In this document: positions 17,981-29,145 of the stretch, piece after piece
Numbering within the stretch: the first letter of the stretch is position 1
Layout: every line of letters begins with the position of its first letter
From: a virus
IMG/VR virus record: IMGVR_UViG_2874814951_000001
Length of the DNA stretch: 64,000 nt
Strand: one strand, 5' to 3'
Made by a program: the position numbers and the translations under genes
The notes under the pieces: model-generated
The model's database searches: none
What the model saw: only the letters and a program-made list of their open reading frames with translations
What the model was told of the DNA's origin: nothing

Positions 17981-18277
17981 ATGACCAACCTAGCCACCAT
18001 CAACACCGACACCCACGAAATCACCGCGAACTACGCGATCAATGGCATCTGGGGAAACGTCGTAGAAACCAACGGCTACACCCTGCAAGAAGTTCTGGAT
18101 GACATGCTCGAATTCTGGAACGAAGCCGACGAAACCACCGAACCATTCGAAGTCACCGGCATCAACGAAGATGCCGACCGCACCGAAATCACCATCGAAG
18201 GCATCCAAATTGGCGAATACGGCGACCGCGTTGAAACCAACACAATCACCGTCGAAATCGTCGCAGAGCAGAACTAA
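17981..18277 (+). CDS. Highly acidic small protein
   Basis: AGGAG RBS; about 22 D/E versus 2 R in 98 aa. Confidence 0.8.
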   Translation: MTNLATINTDTHEITANYAINGIWGNVVETNGYTLQEVLDDMLEFWNEADETTEPFEVTGINEDADRTEITIEGIQIGEYGDRVETNTITVEIVAEQN

Positions 18278-18307
18278 CCCACCCCGCCCCACCAGGAACC
18301 GCCAAAA

Positions 18308-18667
18308 ATGAAAATCACCATCAGCCGAATCACCAGCCACGAAGACGGCAAACACTTCACAATCCACGAAACCACCGACACCCCCGGCGAAACGGTTAAA
18401 ACCAGCTACCGAACCGACAGCAACGGCGAAGGCCTATGGTTTCTCAACCACTACCCAGACAGCAACGGAGATACCTTCACCGACTGGGTACAGCTGCTAG
18501 GATCCGCACAGTTCAACCTCAATGGCACTTCCGCAACGAACCGCCAAAAAATCGCGTGGTACGCACTCAAGGACGAACCAGCTTTCGAACAGTGGGCGGA
18601 TAGCATCGGCCACCCAATGACCCCCGCATCAGCCGCAGAGTACGCAAAAACCCACCCACTCACCTAA
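18308..18667 (+). CDS. Hypothetical protein
   Basis: Clean ORF in the operon with phage-like codon pattern. Confidence 0.75.
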   Translation: MKITISRITSHEDGKHFTIHETTDTPGETVKTSYRTDSNGEGLWFLNHYPDSNGDTFTDWVQLLGSAQFNLNGTSATNRQKIAWYALKDEPAFEQWADSIGHPMTPASAAEYAKTHPLT

Positions 18668-18685
18668 CCCACCCCAAGGAACCCA

Positions 18686-19900
18686 ATGACTATCCACACA
18701 GCCGACCTTTTCGCAGGCGTAGGGGGCTTTAGGCTCGCACTAGAAGGCAACCCCGCCACAGGCCACCCCCAGGCCGGGAACTACGCAAACGTATTCGCTA
18801 ACCAATGGGAGCCAGACGGCCAGCCAACCAAGCAATTCGCCTACCGCTGCTATACACAGCACTTCGGGCAAGAAAACGCGCTCAACACGGACTTGCACAA
18901 GGTCGTAGCAGACATGCAGGCCGGGAAACTCAGCATCCCCCCGGTCGATATGGTTACAGCAGGTTTCCCCTGCCAAGACTACTCAGTAGCGAAAACCAGC
19001 AACCAAGCCGAAGGAATCACCGGGAAAAAGGGTGTCCTGTGGTGGCCGCTCTACACGTTCATCACGCTCACCAACCCCGGAATTGTCCTACTCGAAAACG
19101 TTGACCGACTACTAAAGTCCCCCACATCGCAGCGCGGCCGGGACTTCGGAATCATCATCGCGTGCCTACGAAACGCCGGCTACATGATCGAGTGGCAAGT
19201 CATCAACGCGGCGGATTACGGCTACCCCACGAAACGGCGCCGGGTGTTCATCCTCGCCTACAAAAACCGCGAACTACAGGGAACCCTAGCGACAGCGTTT
19301 CCAGTCGAAAAGGGTGCGGAAGCAACCATCGCTATGCCCGGTAGCGTCCTGGAAGTTTCCAACAGCTTTCCCGGCCACGGGGTGAAAACCTCCCCGTTCC
19401 GCAGCTCAGGGACAGCCGTAGACGGGCTAGTAACAACCGCTAAAGCAACACCCCTAGCCTGCGAAACGGCAACGCTAGGGGCAGTGCTACAGGCACCGGA
19501 AACAGTGCCAGAAGCCTACTGGATCAACGACCAAGACCTCGGCAAGTGGCAGTACGTCAAAGGCGCTAAACGCATCGACCGCACCGCCAAAAACGGGCAC
19601 AAATACACCTACAGCGAAGGCGCTCTACCGTTCCCCGACCACAGTGACCAGCCCGCCCGAACAATCCTCACCAGCGAGGGAGGAAAAGGGGCGACAAGAA
19701 CAAAGCACGCGGTCACCCAAAACGGAAAACTCAGGCGCCTAACCCCCAACGAGCTAGACGCGCTACACGGTTTCCCTGCCGGGTGGACAAACACCGGCAT
19801 GACCGACAACCAACGCGCGTTTTGTGTCGGCAACTCGCTAGTCGTGGGGATCCCTCACCGCATCGGAAAAGAAATCGCCAACAGGCTAGGAGAAGCATGA
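18686..19900 (+). CDS. C5-cytosine DNA methyltransferase, M.Sau3AI-like
   Basis: LFAGVGG, NQWEP, GFPCQDYSVA, ENVDRLLKSP, QRGRDF, RRLTP, GNS. Confidence 0.92.
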   Translation: MTIHTADLFAGVGGFRLALEGNPATGHPQAGNYANVFANQWEPDGQPTKQFAYRCYTQHFGQENALNTDLHKVVADMQAGKLSIPPVDMVTAGFPCQDYSVAKTSNQAEGITGKKGVLWWPLYTFITLTNPGIVLLENVDRLLKSPTSQRGRDFGIIIACLRNAGYMIEWQVINAADYGYPTKRRRVFILAYKNRELQGTLATAFPVEKGAEATIAMPGSVLEVSNSFPGHGVKTSPFRSSGTAVDGLVTTAKATPLACETATLGAVLQAPETVPEAYWINDQDLGKWQYVKGAKRIDRTAKNGHKYTYSEGALPFPDHSDQPARTILTSEGGKGATRTKHAVTQNGKLRRLTPNELDALHGFPAGWTNTGMTDNQRAFCVGNSLVVGIPHRIGKEIANRLGEA

Positions 19901-20172
19901 CACCAGATAGAGCGCGATACCTAATCCACGTCTATGATGCCCTGGAAATAACAGACCTTAAGGCCCCTGAATATCTAGACGCGCTGGCAACCATCGCCAA
20001 CATGACCCCTGAATACTCGGTGCAACTAGCCGACGGAGAACTTGTCGGTGCAGGGTGGGGAACCCACGAAACAGCCTGGTGTGACTGTGACGCATGGCAA
20101 CGAGACGGATATGACGCACGTATTGTCTGCCGCTACGTCACCGCAGCACAGCCGCTAGGAGAAAACCAGTGA
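19897..20172 (+). CDS. Hypothetical protein, paralogue of 20885-21313
   Basis: ATGA overlap with the MTase; shared IANMTxEY and RIVCRYVT motifs. Confidence 0.7.
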   Translation: MTPDRARYLIHVYDALEITDLKAPEYLDALATIANMTPEYSVQLADGELVGAGWGTHETAWCDCDAWQRDGYDARIVCRYVTAAQPLGENQ

Positions 20173-20266
20173 CCATCGACATTCTGATTCAGCTTTTGAC
20201 TGACCCTGGTTTCGCCATCGGCTATTTGGGCGAAGCCACCAACCACATCGTGAACGGAGCACCACT

Positions 20267-20725
20267 ATGAGCGCTATCGAATTCGCAACCAACGACGCCA
20301 ACCAAGCTCGCCGATACCTCAACTGCGAGCAAATGACCTACCTCACCGGCGAGACGAAGCAAGCCATCCTAGACGGGGTGAAACAGGGAATCTGCCGAGT
20401 CCGTGACCCTCAAATGTATGGTGGCTCATCTGGTGTGGTGCCCGAAACCAAAGACCCGGACGTGTGGAACCCGTTCATTGAACACGTGCAGAAGCTTCAC
20501 GACCGGGACTTTGAGAATCGGCCAAAACCGTTCACTTTCAAACCAGGACTCCTACCGGATGGGTACGAGGTCGAATGGGGGCATTGGACGGAAGACGGCC
20601 ACATCTTCTGGTGGGGGACAGACGACGTCTCAGCGCGCATAGCCCGCGATCATGAACGCCCAGTCATCCGCTATGTCAGCCCCGTAATCCACATCAAGGA
20701 GGGCGACGATGAAGACGCGATCTAA
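20267..20725 (+). CDS. Hypothetical protein
   Basis: GGAG RBS; clean ORF. Confidence 0.7.
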   Translation: MSAIEFATNDANQARRYLNCEQMTYLTGETKQAILDGVKQGICRVRDPQMYGGSSGVVPETKDPDVWNPFIEHVQKLHDRDFENRPKPFTFKPGLLPDGYEVEWGHWTEDGHIFWWGTDDVSARIARDHERPVIRYVSPVIHIKEGDDEDAI

Positions 20726-20888
20726 CGCGCCCCGCCCCTTCGTATGGAAAAACGGTTACGTCAGCTGGGCAGTCACAACTTTCCACTACTGCGAAGAACT
20801 CGGCGAAACGATGTGTACCGTCGCCACGTTCCCAACCTGGCGCGAAGCCGTCAGCTACGCCAACGGGAACACACAGGAGCAAAAATGA
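20709..20888 (+). CDS. Small hypothetical protein (59 aa, MKTRSNAPRP...)
   Basis: Translated by hand; AAGGAGG RBS; ATGA coupling to the next gene. Confidence 0.6.
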   Translation: MKTRSNAPRPFVWKNGYVSWAVTTFHYCEELGETMCTVATFPTWREAVSYANGNTQEQK

Positions 20889-21313
20889 CACCAGAACAAG
20901 CACGAGCCTTACTCGAAGGCATCTCACCGGCGCCGTGGAAAGCGGAAATACTGTCGTACGAAGAACCACCCTATCTAGGAGAATTCGTCGAATTTTGGGT
21001 AACCGCCCATAACAACAAGGAATTGGTGAATGTCTACGACATTCCAGAGTGGCACGCCAATGAGATTGGCAGAAATTTCACCCTCATGGCTGCCGCCCCA
21101 GACATGGCCGCAATGATTGCCAACATGACCGCAGAATACGCAGTACAAGTACGACGTTCAGACGGGTGGCAGTGGAGCCGTGAAGAAGACGACTTCCGAT
21201 GGCAGTCCCTCACCGTCCAGATGGTTCGCGCAGACCGAGACCACCCCCACGAAGAAACCCGCATCGTCTGCCGCTACGTGACAGCACCACAGCCGTTAGG
21301 AAAAGAACAGTGA
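20885..21313 (+). CDS. Hypothetical protein (SPAPW...LMAAAPD motif)
   Basis: AGGAG RBS; the motif is common in phage early proteins. Confidence 0.7.
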   Translation: MTPEQARALLEGISPAPWKAEILSYEEPPYLGEFVEFWVTAHNNKELVNVYDIPEWHANEIGRNFTLMAAAPDMAAMIANMTAEYAVQVRRSDGWQWSREEDDFRWQSLTVQMVRADRDHPHEETRIVCRYVTAPQPLGKEQ

Positions 21314-21777
21314 CCGAACCAACAATCACCTACGATGAGATGAAAGCAGCACTAGAGAAAGACGCTTGCGGGAGAGAAACTGAACCGGAGCTATTCGCAC
21401 TGCTAGACAAACTCAACCCAACCCCGCCACTGTTCGGGCGCTGGGCAGAACACCCACACCACGGGCGCGGCGTGATTATCAGCAACGCCCTAAACGAGGA
21501 CAGGTGGGTACGGTTCGCCCACAAAATCAAAGCGCCCGGGGACAACATCGGTATCAACTACGTGGACTACGCGCACCTGAAGACCGACCCGGCACTTCTA
21601 GATACCTATGCAGATTTCAACGACGCGCCCGAGGGAACCATCGCCGAAATCATGGTTGAACCGAAAGGCGTGTACGTCAAGAAGGACAGCGTTTGGCGTG
21701 GGGCGGGGGAGGAGTACCCGACCCCAGTACAGTCACTCGCTAAAGCACGAGTAATCCGATGGGGGAACGGACAATGA
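21310..21777 (+). CDS. Hypothetical protein
   Basis: GTGA overlap with the previous gene. Confidence 0.7.
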   Translation: MTEPTITYDEMKAALEKDACGRETEPELFALLDKLNPTPPLFGRWAEHPHHGRGVIISNALNEDRWVRFAHKIKAPGDNIGINYVDYAHLKTDPALLDTYADFNDAPEGTIAEIMVEPKGVYVKKDSVWRGAGEEYPTPVQSLAKARVIRWGNGQ

Positions 21778-22054
21778 GACTGACTGACCAGGTGCGCGCC
21801 CTAGAAGAAGAAAACACCCGCCTACGCGCAGCGCTCGCAGCAGAACAAGACAAACGCCGGAAATGGCAAGGAGCGCTTAACCGTGCCCAAGACACTATTG
21901 CCCGTGAAACCTGCTGGTACCAAACCCGAGTAGAAGCAGCCGACAACGACGGAAATCACACCGCTATGCGACTAGCAGAAGCCGGAAGGGTAGCCAGCAT
22001 GGACGCGCTCACACACATCGCCGACGCACGCGCCGAAGCCCCGAAAGAAACCAA

Positions 22055-22058
<4 letters not shown>
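21774..22058 (+). CDS. Hypothetical coiled-coil protein
   Basis: ATGA overlap with the previous gene. Confidence 0.65.
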
Positions 22059-23562
<1,504 letters not shown>

Positions 23563-23564
23563 CA

Positions 23565-24011
23565 ATGGGATCACTACTAGACTTTTGGACAAAGCACGCC
23601 GAGACAATCACCCAGATATTCAAAATCGGGTTAATCGACACGGAAGCTGAAAAGTACTGGGTAGCCGCCGGCCCGAAGCCATCGGGCGGGATTACCGCCG
23701 AAGCTTTCCCCAGCTATTTCGACGCGGCAATGTTTGTGAAGGACAAGCAGCGCGTTAGCGTCGCCACAGAGCCAGCCACAGCGCCCGCAATGGTGCCCGT
23801 GGCAGCTAGCGCCCCAACCCCGCCCAGCGCCCCGGCTAGCGCGCTAGACACGCTACCCAAGGCAGAGACAGCGCCACCACCTACCCCAAAAGCGCGCCCA
23901 CTACCACGACGCACAACGCCCACCGTATGCAGCGAAAACGGGTGCAAAAACCACGCAGCATTTAACGGCAAATGCACCACACACCTAGACCTAAACCAGC
24001 GTCAAAAATAA
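23565..24011 (+). CDS. Hypothetical protein with Pro-rich linker and C-terminal Cys/His zinc finger
   Basis: CSENGC...CTTH. Confidence 0.6.
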   Translation: MGSLLDFWTKHAETITQIFKIGLIDTEAEKYWVAAGPKPSGGITAEAFPSYFDAAMFVKDKQRVSVATEPATAPAMVPVAASAPTPPSAPASALDTLPKAETAPPPTPKARPLPRRTTPTVCSENGCKNHAAFNGKCTTHLDLNQRQK

Positions 24012-24105
24012 CCCCGCCTACCCCCGCTGAATTCACTTGAGTCGCTAGAGTCCGCTACTGTGAAAACCGTGCCACAGCGGGGGGTTAACCCCCACAAGGC
24101 ACGAA

Positions 24106-24179
24106 GCCCCTTTAGCTCAGCTGGTTAGAGCTACGGACTTTTAATCCGCAGGTCGTGAGTTCGAATCTCACAGGGGGCA
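24106..24179 (+). tRNA. tRNA-Lys(UUU)
   Basis: GCCCCTT acceptor, TAGCTCAGCTGGTTAGAGC D-arm, CGGA-CTTTTAA-TCCG anticodon arm, GTTCGAATC T-loop; CCA not encoded. Confidence 0.95.
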
Positions 24180-24295
24180 CCGAGCAACGGGGGCGGAAAC
24201 GCCGACACCACAGCACGGCTAGGCAACCAGCGAATCGCCACACAACACCCCGCCCCCCTTGCTCTCCATCTTCACCACACCACTAAGGAGACCCA

Positions 24296-24520
24296 ATGAC
24301 TACATGGCCAGCCACCAACACCCGCCCCGCAAACCCGCGCTACAACACCCGCCAAACCACCGAGTTCTACCCCGTCCCCCGCAACGACGAACTAACCCGC
24401 TTGCAGCGGATCCACAACAAGCGCCTAAAAGCCCTAAATATCCTGCTCGCCCTCATCCTGGTCGCCATCTTTTGCGCCGTAGGAGTCATGGCCGATTTCG
24501 TCTACTTCGCAAGCCGCTAA
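24296..24520 (+). CDS. Small membrane protein
   Basis: AAGGAG RBS; C-terminal hydrophobic helix. Confidence 0.7.
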   Translation: MTTWPATNTRPANPRYNTRQTTEFYPVPRNDELTRLQRIHNKRLKALNILLALILVAIFCAVGVMADFVYFASR

Positions 24521-24523
24521 CCA

Positions 24524-24847
24524 ATGGTCAAAGATCCAATCCAGCCCGATTTTTTCGGCGATCTCATCCCCCTCAACCCCGATGGGATGCCGGAAAAACC
24601 ATCGGGCTACCCACAGCCCCCGAACAGCACTGAAACGCCCATAACCGCGTTTCTCTCCCCGTGGTACGACGGCCGACTAATCCACCTCCCCATTAACGGG
24701 TATTCGGGTTGGTACAGGCTCGAATACGCCCACGCAGCTAGCGGAGGTGACCTAAACGTAACCGTCACAGACATCGCCCAAAATGCCTTCACAACCACAC
24801 TGCCACTAGATGACCAGCACGAAATAAGAATCGAGAAGCAACAATGA
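24524..24847 (+). CDS. Hypothetical protein
   Basis: Operon packing. Confidence 0.6.
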   Translation: MVKDPIQPDFFGDLIPLNPDGMPEKPSGYPQPPNSTETPITAFLSPWYDGRLIHLPINGYSGWYRLEYAHAASGGDLNVTVTDIAQNAFTTTLPLDDQHEIRIEKQQ

Positions 24848-25012
24848 ACACAGCCTTTTTTATCGTCTTAATCTGCCTTGTCTTACTCTCCATTGCCACC
24901 CTCACATGGCTTGCAGACAGCGAATTTCAGCAGAACGACAAGTTTGAAAAGTACTGGGAACAGCGAAACAAAAAGAAGACAACTAGACCCGCCGCCAAGA
25001 AGGACACCAGCA

Positions 25013-25504
25013 ATGGCAATCGGAGCAACCCCAATCACAATCACCGGCAACCTAGTCGCAGACCCCGAACTGAAATACACCAACAGCGGCCAAGCAGTCG
25101 CAAACATGCGCGTCTGCTCAACGGAAAAGGTCTACCGAAACGGCAATTGGGAAGACGGAGACCAGCTTTTTCTGAACGTCACCGCCTGGAAACAGCTAGC
25201 GGAAAACGCGGCCGAATCACTCAGAAAAGGCAGCCGCGTCACAGTAGCCGGAAACCTCAAACAGCGCAGCTACGAAAACCGTGACGGCGAACGCCGAACC
25301 TTCTACGAAGTGCAGGCCGAAGAAGTTTCCGCGTCGCTACTTTTCAACACCGTCCAAATCAGCGGCGGAAACCGCCCCGCAAACAACAACAGCAGCAGCG
25401 GCGGCGGGTGGAACAGTGGCCACGAGAAGCCACAAGCACCCCAAGGCGACCCGTGGAACAGCACCGCCGGTAAATTCCCAGAACACGACGAACCACCTTT
25501 CTAA
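25013..25504 (+). CDS. ssb: Single-stranded DNA-binding protein
   Basis: ITITGNLVADPELKYTNSG, WKQLAENAAESLRKGSRV, C-terminal DEPPF. Confidence 0.95.
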   Translation: MAIGATPITITGNLVADPELKYTNSGQAVANMRVCSTEKVYRNGNWEDGDQLFLNVTAWKQLAENAAESLRKGSRVTVAGNLKQRSYENRDGERRTFYEVQAEEVSASLLFNTVQISGGNRPANNNSSSGGGWNSGHEKPQAPQGDPWNSTAGKFPEHDEPPF

Positions 25505-25911
25505 TGCGTAGAATCTCGCCATCAATAAGCAATGTTGACATTTCCCCAGCCGGGGAGGTGCGCATCAACCCGCGTGGAGACATTGGGCGCGCCTATTTCC
25601 TCACACCAGAGCAGGCGCGCGAGCTAGCAAGACAGCTCAACATCAACGCTTACCGCATTGAATCAGGCTCTTTTGAGCGCGCGAACCAAGCCCTACAGGT
25701 CCACAGGGGCGACTATGGCGCACTGACACTAGACAAGGGAACTAAGAAAGCCCTGCGGCGCGCAGGACGTGGGAAGTCCATCGCAAAAACATATATCCAC
25801 GCCTTAAGCGTTATGGGGCTAGCAAAAGTCACCGGGGCGCACACCATGCAACTAAACAGCACAGGCAAAAAGCTATTGGATTACATCAATGCCGAGACCA
25901 ACACAAAGTAA
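25504..25911 (+). CDS. Hypothetical protein
   Basis: TAATG coupling to ssb. Confidence 0.6.
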   Translation: MRRISPSISNVDISPAGEVRINPRGDIGRAYFLTPEQARELARQLNINAYRIESGSFERANQALQVHRGDYGALTLDKGTKKALRRAGRGKSIAKTYIHALSVMGLAKVTGAHTMQLNSTGKKLLDYINAETNTK

Positions 25912-26098
25912 CACACGCCGCATCTCCCCCACTCTCTCAGTGACCGGGAAACCACACCGGCAAGAAATCATCATCCGAGACGGCGGGAAAACAACCACCA
26001 TCCCAGTGGAAGCAGCTGAAAAGCTAGCCCGCGCGATCACCAACCTCATCAACAGCATGAACCAACCGCCCTACCACCACAGGAGGGGCTAGCGCGCT

Positions 26099-26446
26099 AT
26101 GGCCACCGGCTTCACAGAAGACCAACGCCACCGCATCGGCGCCCGCAACCACGGACGCTGTGAAATCTGCGACAAACGCCCATCAACCGACGTTCACCAC
26201 AGGCAACCAAGAGGGATGGGCGGGGCAACCAGAAAGAACGCCCACATCGTCAATTCACCCGCAAACGCCCTAGCTTTATGCAGGAAATGCCATGAATGGG
26301 TGGAACGAAACAGGGACGAAGCCCGCGAAAAAGGCTACCTCATCAGCCGCTACGCTAACCCGCTGGAACAGCCGGTTATGTACCCAACCTTTTTCGGCCG
26401 CCAATGGGTGATACTCACCCTTGATTACACCGTCCGCCACCCCTAA
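26099..26446 (+). CDS. HNH endonuclease
   Basis: CEIC...HHRQPRGMGG...NALALCRKCH. Confidence 0.9.
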   Translation: MATGFTEDQRHRIGARNHGRCEICDKRPSTDVHHRQPRGMGGATRKNAHIVNSPANALALCRKCHEWVERNRDEAREKGYLISRYANPLEQPVMYPTFFGRQWVILTLDYTVRHP

Positions 26447-26536
26447 CTACCCCCGCCCGGTTAGGCGGAGCGCGCTCTAGTGCGCTAGCGTCAAAAGTGT
26501 TCCAATCACCACCCACAACCAAGTAAGGAACCCACC

Positions 26537-27034
26537 ATGAACCCCATCGAACAGCTCATCGACTACCTCACCGAAGTTCACGAGCTGAACATCAACCAAA
26601 TCAACACCACCGACGAGAACACCATCACCGCAGAAGGTGATCTCTACATCGTCACCGAACGCGGAATGTACGCCAACCATCGCCCCTACGAGCTAGGCGA
26701 ATGGGACGAGCTTCACGACACCATCGAATACGACGAAAACAGCCCGCTAGTAGACCAAATCGAAGACGTACTACTTTCGTTCCCAGCAGACGCGGAAAAC
26801 GTCACTATCACCGCCCCCACCGCCGCGCTTGACCGGCTATGGCGCGATGTCCGCGATGACAACGAACACGATCACCTACTGTTCAACTACTACGACGAAG
26901 TAGCAGCAGCGAAACTAGGAAAAGTCATCAGGGACAGCGGAAACGCGATCGCAATTGCGCAGTTCGCAACATGGAACACCGCCGCCCTTGAGGTTCACGG
27001 GATCCTGGAATCGGCAACGAAAACCCGCCCCTAG
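26537..27034 (+). CDS. Acidic hypothetical protein
   Basis: AAGGA RBS; D/E-rich; follows the repeated promoter motif. Confidence 0.75.
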   Translation: MNPIEQLIDYLTEVHELNINQINTTDENTITAEGDLYIVTERGMYANHRPYELGEWDELHDTIEYDENSPLVDQIEDVLLSFPADAENVTITAPTAALDRLWRDVRDDNEHDHLLFNYYDEVAAAKLGKVIRDSGNAIAIAQFATWNTAALEVHGILESATKTRP

Positions 27035-27292
27035 CGCTGGTTACCCACGCCGAAAAGCTCACCGACTCAGTGGAAAACACCGAACACCACATCGCCCGAA
27101 CCTGTGGAATCATCGATAATTTTTCCCTCACGCGAGTCTGCGAGCCACGGGAAACCTACCGCTACGCCATGCGCACCGCAGCCGGCTACACGTCACTTGC
27201 CGAATATTCCCCCATCTCAGAAATGGTGAACATCTGGCAGACCGTCATCAACGACGCCCAAAAGCGTCTCACAAAGGAAAAGGCGGCTTAGA

Positions 27293-27565
27293 GTGTATTC
27301 CCCCGACCCATACAGCCACCCAGACACGCTCAGAGTGGCCGCGCGCCCGTTCATAGACATCGGCACCGCCGCAAAACTACTAGGACGCAACAAACGGCAG
27401 GTACAGGCCGAAATCAGAGAAGGCACATTCCCATTCCCCTACATCAAAGCGGGGACGTACTCAGCGATTAAAACCCAGCCGATACTTGACCACCTGGAAG
27501 GAGCGAAGATTTATGAAGTTCCCGTTTTCGAAGAAGACCACTCAGAACACAAAAACTGTGCCTAG
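27293..27565 (+). CDS. Excisionase-like HTH DNA-binding protein
   Basis: IDIGTAAKLLGRNKRQVQAEIREGTFPFP. Confidence 0.65.
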   Translation: MYSPDPYSHPDTLRVAARPFIDIGTAAKLLGRNKRQVQAEIREGTFPFPYIKAGTYSAIKTQPILDHLEGAKIYEVPVFEEDHSEHKNCA

Positions 27566-27809
27566 CAACGCCATCGTCTACGACGTCAACGAAGGCGAAT
27601 TCTTACCTTTACGTGTTGAAGACCCCCGGCACCTTGTAGGCGCTGGTGTGGAGCTACTTTCAGCTGGTCTTTCTTTCCTCGATGAGGACTCAGAAGCCAC
27701 CGTTTTACATGCTGTAGTCGCAATCGCTGAGAACTGTCGCGCCCAAGTTGCCCAGTACACCGACCTAATCAACATCGAAGAAGAAATGAAGGAAACTGAT
27801 TTTGGATAA
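27486..27809 (+). CDS. Hypothetical protein (start uncertain)
   Basis: ORF track and operon packing. Confidence 0.5.
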   Translation: MTTWKERRFMKFPFSKKTTQNTKTVPSNAIVYDVNEGEFLPLRVEDPRHLVGAGVELLSAGLSFLDEDSEATVLHAVVAIAENCRAQVAQYTDLINIEEEMKETDFG

Positions 27810-27987
27810 CAAGCCGGAAACAATGAAGCAGAAAATAGCCGCATGGTGGCAGTTCCAGGACGCGCCGGAAGCGCTTAAAGGCACCCTCAGCGCGATTATC
27901 GCCATCGTCGCTACAGCGGTGATTATCATCGCCCTGATGTGCCTAGGAGTCGCTGCAATCGCCCTTACCGTTGGGCTTATCGTCTAG
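27802..27987 (+). CDS. Small membrane protein
   Basis: AAGGA RBS; long hydrophobic C-terminus. Confidence 0.6.
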   Translation: MDNKPETMKQKIAAWWQFQDAPEALKGTLSAIIAIVATAVIIIALMCLGVAAIALTVGLIV

Positions 27988-28084
27988 GGGCAATGCAGGA
28001 TTACGACTACACCGCCGGCCACGACATCCCCGAACTGATCGAGCTAGATAAGCAGTTCTTGCGGGTGCGTGGCCCTTTAACGCT

Positions 28085-28447
28085 GTGGGTGCAGTTCAGG
28101 AATCAGAGCCGAAAGTTTATGAGTGTGTCTTTTTCCTGGTTGACTCGCCGGCGGAGGATAAGCGGGTGTTTTCTACCGCCGATATGCCGATTGTTGATGT
28201 GTCTCTACTGGTTGCGAGGATCGCGGGGTTGCGCGTGGATAATCACGGCGGGGCTAGGGTGCCGCTGGTGAAGAATATCGGTGGGGCGATGGATCCGATT
28301 ACGGGGCTTGTGAGGTTTTCTGAGTTGCTTTCGTTGGAGGTTTTCGGGGAGGTTGACCGGGTTGTTCCGCGTTTGTTGATGCCGGTGCGTTATGAGGGGG
28401 TGGACGAGGTTTATACCCATGCCGATAAGAGGATTGTTGGGGGGTAG
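28085..28447 (+). CDS. Hypothetical protein (true start may be ATG 27993 via a frameshift)
   Basis: ORF track. Confidence 0.45.
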   Translation: MGAVQESEPKVYECVFFLVDSPAEDKRVFSTADMPIVDVSLLVARIAGLRVDNHGGARVPLVKNIGGAMDPITGLVRFSELLSLEVFGEVDRVVPRLLMPVRYEGVDEVYTHADKRIVGG

Positions 28448-28512
28448 TTGCTGGTGGGGGCGGGTTTTGGGGTGTGGTGGCGCCCCCGTTTTCGGGCAAT
28501 TATTTCCCCAGG

Positions 28513-28541
28513 TTTACAAATGTCGCAAACTACGGCATGAT
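28513..28541 (+). promoter_or_regulatory. SigA-type promoter with an internal inverted-repeat operator
   Basis: TTTACA-17 nt-CATGAT; imperfect palindrome ATGTCGCA-AAC-TACGGCAT at 28520-28538. Confidence 0.7.
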
Positions 28542-28608
28542 GGTGTCAGACGGCAAGGAAACACAGACGATTTCCAACAGGCCGCGAAACTCGGAAGGAA
28601 GTCCGAAA

Positions 28609-29145
28609 ATGACCACCAACCCCTACCTGCTCAAGTGGAAAGACACAACCAACTGGGCAGACACCTCCCACCCCTTCAATAACGACTACAACACAATGAC
28701 CGTAGACCTTGACGATGACCGCACCGCCATCATCAGCTACGACACCAACACCCACAAGTCCACCCTAGCCATTGGCAGCTACGCCACAGGCAAGTGGCAC
28801 GACAGCGCCGACACTCAGGACTGGCCAGCACTCGACCGCGAATTTGGCCGCAAACAGTGGCAAGCCTACATCCGCGATCACGAAATGGAATCACAGGCCA
28901 TGATCCGCGAACGCACCCCAATCGCAGTCACCGCCACAATCCACCTCGCAGACTACGGCGAAAAATTCGACTTCATCACCTTCGAAAACGAAGACGGCGA
29001 ACAACTCGAATGGATCGACGAAAACGGCGCCACAGAACAAGGCGTGTACGTCCTAGCCAGCGAAGCCCCCGAACCATACGACAAGGCCGCTGAAAAGTGG
29101 CTAGAGCGCCTACACGGACGCTACGAAGTCACTGAATGGGCCTAG
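28609..29145 (+). CDS. Acidic 178-aa protein, anti-CRISPR/anti-defence candidate
   Basis: AAGGAAG RBS; first gene of a two-gene operon with an Aca2-like HTH gene; no recognisable domain. Confidence 0.6.
   Translation: MTTNPYLLKWKDTTNWADTSHPFNNDYNTMTVDLDDDRTAIISYDTNTHKSTLAIGSYATGKWHDSADTQDWPALDREFGRKQWQAYIRDHEMESQAMIRERTPIAVTATIHLADYGEKFDFITFENEDGEQLEWIDENGATEQGVYVLASEAPEPYDKAAEKWLERLHGRYEVTEWA

Noticed and set aside
24844..25284. 146-aa ORF overlapping ssb by about 270 bp
   Set aside because: Only the TM-containing first ~45 codons look genuine; the extension is probably frame read-through or an A-run error near 24970.
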